The notes beneath the pieces are model-generated. The model did no database searches, had not been told where the DNA came from, and saw only the letters and a program-made list of their open reading frames with translations. Source: Fimicolochytrium jonesii (Eukaryota). From it: a stretch of DNA of 64,000 nucleotides. Within the stretch, counting starts at the first letter, position 1. Every line of letters starts with the position of its first letter. Where the stretch lies: positions 806,001 through 870,000 of the forward strand of contig NW_026515668.1 of assembly GCF_025526975.1 (NCBI RefSeq), written 5' to 3'. Positions 61,789-64,000 of this stretch are shown one piece after another. The position numbers and the translations under genes are program-made.

Positions 61789-61863
61789 GGGTTAGGGTTT
61801 GGGGTTTAGGGTTGAGGGTCTAGGGTTTAAGGTTAGGGTTAGGGTTAGGGCTAGGGTTAGGGT
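61789..61863. repeat. degenerate telomere-like (TTAGGG) tract between convergent genes
   Basis: gggttagggtttggggtttagggttgagggtctagggtttaaggttagggttagggttagggctagggttagggt. Confidence 0.9.
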
Positions 61864-62298
61864 ACTCGGGTGAGGAAGGAGGCTGCCAACCAAGAAGGAC
61901 ACCGCTGCCGCTATTGCCAAGGAGACCACCATCAACCGATTCAGGCAGCCTGAGCGGTTGCCATACAGGTTACTTATAAGTGATCAGGCCCCGCCAGAAC
62001 GAATGGGGCCAGGGACCGTGTCCTGACGATGTGCTCCCATATGCTGTAGATACGAAGTTAGGAGGACACCGCTTGTGTAAAGTTTGAGGAGCATATCGCA
62101 ATCGTAGGGCTGAGAACAAAAGACAACGATTATACTCGTCCAGTTTCTGGTGCCGTAGCCGCGGAAGTTTTCAGTGTGTTTCAGTAATAGCACATACATA
62201 CACCCCGTGGAACCCAAAAATTTTGTAGATCCTGATGCCCCCCCCTCCCTGGCCAAATCGCTATCCCCTCCCCTTCCTTCCCTTCCATGCCACCTGAC

Positions 62299-63851
62299 TC
62301 ACTCAACCAACCCCCTCTCCCTCAAAACCCGCAAAAGCGCCTCACATTTCTCAAACGCCCTCGTCGGCAGACTCACCAACGGTCTCCCAAAGGGTGTCGG
62401 GGCGGGCGTCTTGCGTTTTCGCGTCGGCGGCGGTTTAACTTCATCCACCCCTTCTATCATCGGTCCAGGTAACCCTTCCGCTACTTCCCCTGCACCTCCT
62501 GTTTCCGATGGAGTCGTCGTCGTCTTCACAGACGTGGATGACCCGTTCACCTGAGGCCGCCCGGGAGGTATGATGATCGTGCCCAACCCACTAGAGTGCC
62601 CCGCGCCCCGGCCCCAGCCCCTACCCCTGCCAAGAGCCGAAAAAGTCATCGCCGTCCTCCCCCTCGGAACCCCATAGAACGATCCCGGCTTCACACCCCT
62701 CCCCTGCTGTGTCTGCGTTTTGCGTCCCGGGGGTGATATCAGCGCTTTTGTAAGCACCGGTTGTCCCCTCCGCGGCGTTGAGGGGGGATCGAGGGAGTGG
62801 GGTTTGAAGTAGTCAGTGATGATGGAGGAGGCGCGGCGCGGGCGGCGGGTTGTTGTTGAGGAGGAGTCCGGTGGGAGGGATGTGGCCCCTCGGGAGAGAC
62901 GGGAAGGGGCGGGGTAGTCCGCGTCGTCGGGGTCTGAGTCCGGTGGGAGCGGGCGTTTGCCTGCCGGTGGTGGGGCGGACCCATCGTCTTCGTCGTCGTC
63001 GGTGTGGGAGCGCTCACGGCGACGTCGGATTGGCGCTGTACTCGATTGCGCTTGTAATGTATTATCATCCACCGCGTCCCCATCCACCTCGTCATCAACC
63101 CCAAACGCCCAAGTGGTCACAAAAGCCCCCCTCAGCAACTTCGCCGGGTATTTGGTGATAACCGCGGCATTGACATTCCCCCCTCGTCTCGGATAAGTCG
63201 GCGCGATGGACAGATCAGCGGTAGATGCTTCCATCATGCGGCGCTTGTAGAGCTGGTGGCGGACATACTCCTTTTCGCGGTTTTTGAGGCGGCGTTCGGA
63301 GTATTCGTGTTTGCGGTGGCGGTGGAGGTAGGTGGTGTCTGATAGGTGGTCCTGGGGCTGTGAGAGATCAGGGTCAATGGCAGGGTTCATGGGGGATTGG
63401 GTATGTGGGGGGAAAGACAAGGACTCACGGGTGGATCGTTGGGATCATCCTTCGGGAACAAGTCATGGATCTTTTGATTGATCTCTCTCGCTGTCAGTTC
63501 CTGGAAATCGGGAATATCGATCTCGCGGTGGCCGTGGACCAGGTTCTCCGGTGCTTCGATTGGCTGTACAAGGGCGATATGTGCGGGTTGGGGGTGAAGT
63601 GTCGTGTTGTGATAGTCGATGCAGTCGGCTAGCTCGGCGGTGGATTTGACGATGTGGAGCATGAAGGAGCCTGTGATGAGGGGGGGTTGCTCGTGGCATG
63701 TTGAGGGTGGGTGGGGTTGTGAGGGTGAGTCTGGAGGGTGTGCTTGATGTGAGCTGGGGCTCGGGCTGGTGGAGGTGGTGTTGCGCTGAACCGATGTGCT
63801 GCGGGTGGATGGGCGGAGGTGTGGTGCTGGAACATCCGAATTTGCATACAC
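62299..63851 (-). CDS. PEHE/Sas4-like chromatin protein (start uncertain)
   Basis: IDIPDF...DHLSDTTYLHRHRKHEYSERRLKNREKE followed by a long disordered region. Confidence 0.6.
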
Positions 63852-64000
63852 AGTGGGAATCCATCAAACAAGATGAAGTGGTCGGATAACGAGAGAATAG
63901 AAAAGAAGAAATGATATTCAATACGCTTTTTGCAGCTACAAAAGGGATCGAAGAAATTCAAAGTTTGTATTTACGTGAAGATTCTATAACGGTCGTCTGC

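Overview
This is eukaryotic, intron-rich fungal genomic DNA, most likely from a zoosporic fungus (chytrid-like). That call is an inference: fungal genes (ISN1, DLT1, END3-like, Zn2Cys6) occur together with a P2X receptor and mostly 50-100 nt GT-AG introns. About 19 conserved housekeeping genes (ATG12, SEC3, PDK1/PKH, two rhomboids, P2X, SSE1, ISN1, TES1, DLT1, GPI2, uL10m, a YMC-type carrier, ACADM, GPR89, PPR, USE1 and others) are interrupted by accessory patches at about 17-18, 23-33, 36.7-38, 44.4-48 and 53.2-54.5 kb. The most notable unexplained signal is a family of related elements that fills six unusually long introns (272-444 nt) in six unrelated genes, with the GCGAGCGAAG core always on the sense strand. 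Other notable features: a pogo/Tc1-type MITE that disrupts a gene; a TACAGTA excision footprint whose removal restores another gene; a TIR element carrying inverted telomeric repeats; an internally deleted 28S rRNA fragment broken at the R2/I-PpoI site; and a DUF5678-like/retropepsin fusion. All exon structures and alignments were made by eye, and no database searches were run.
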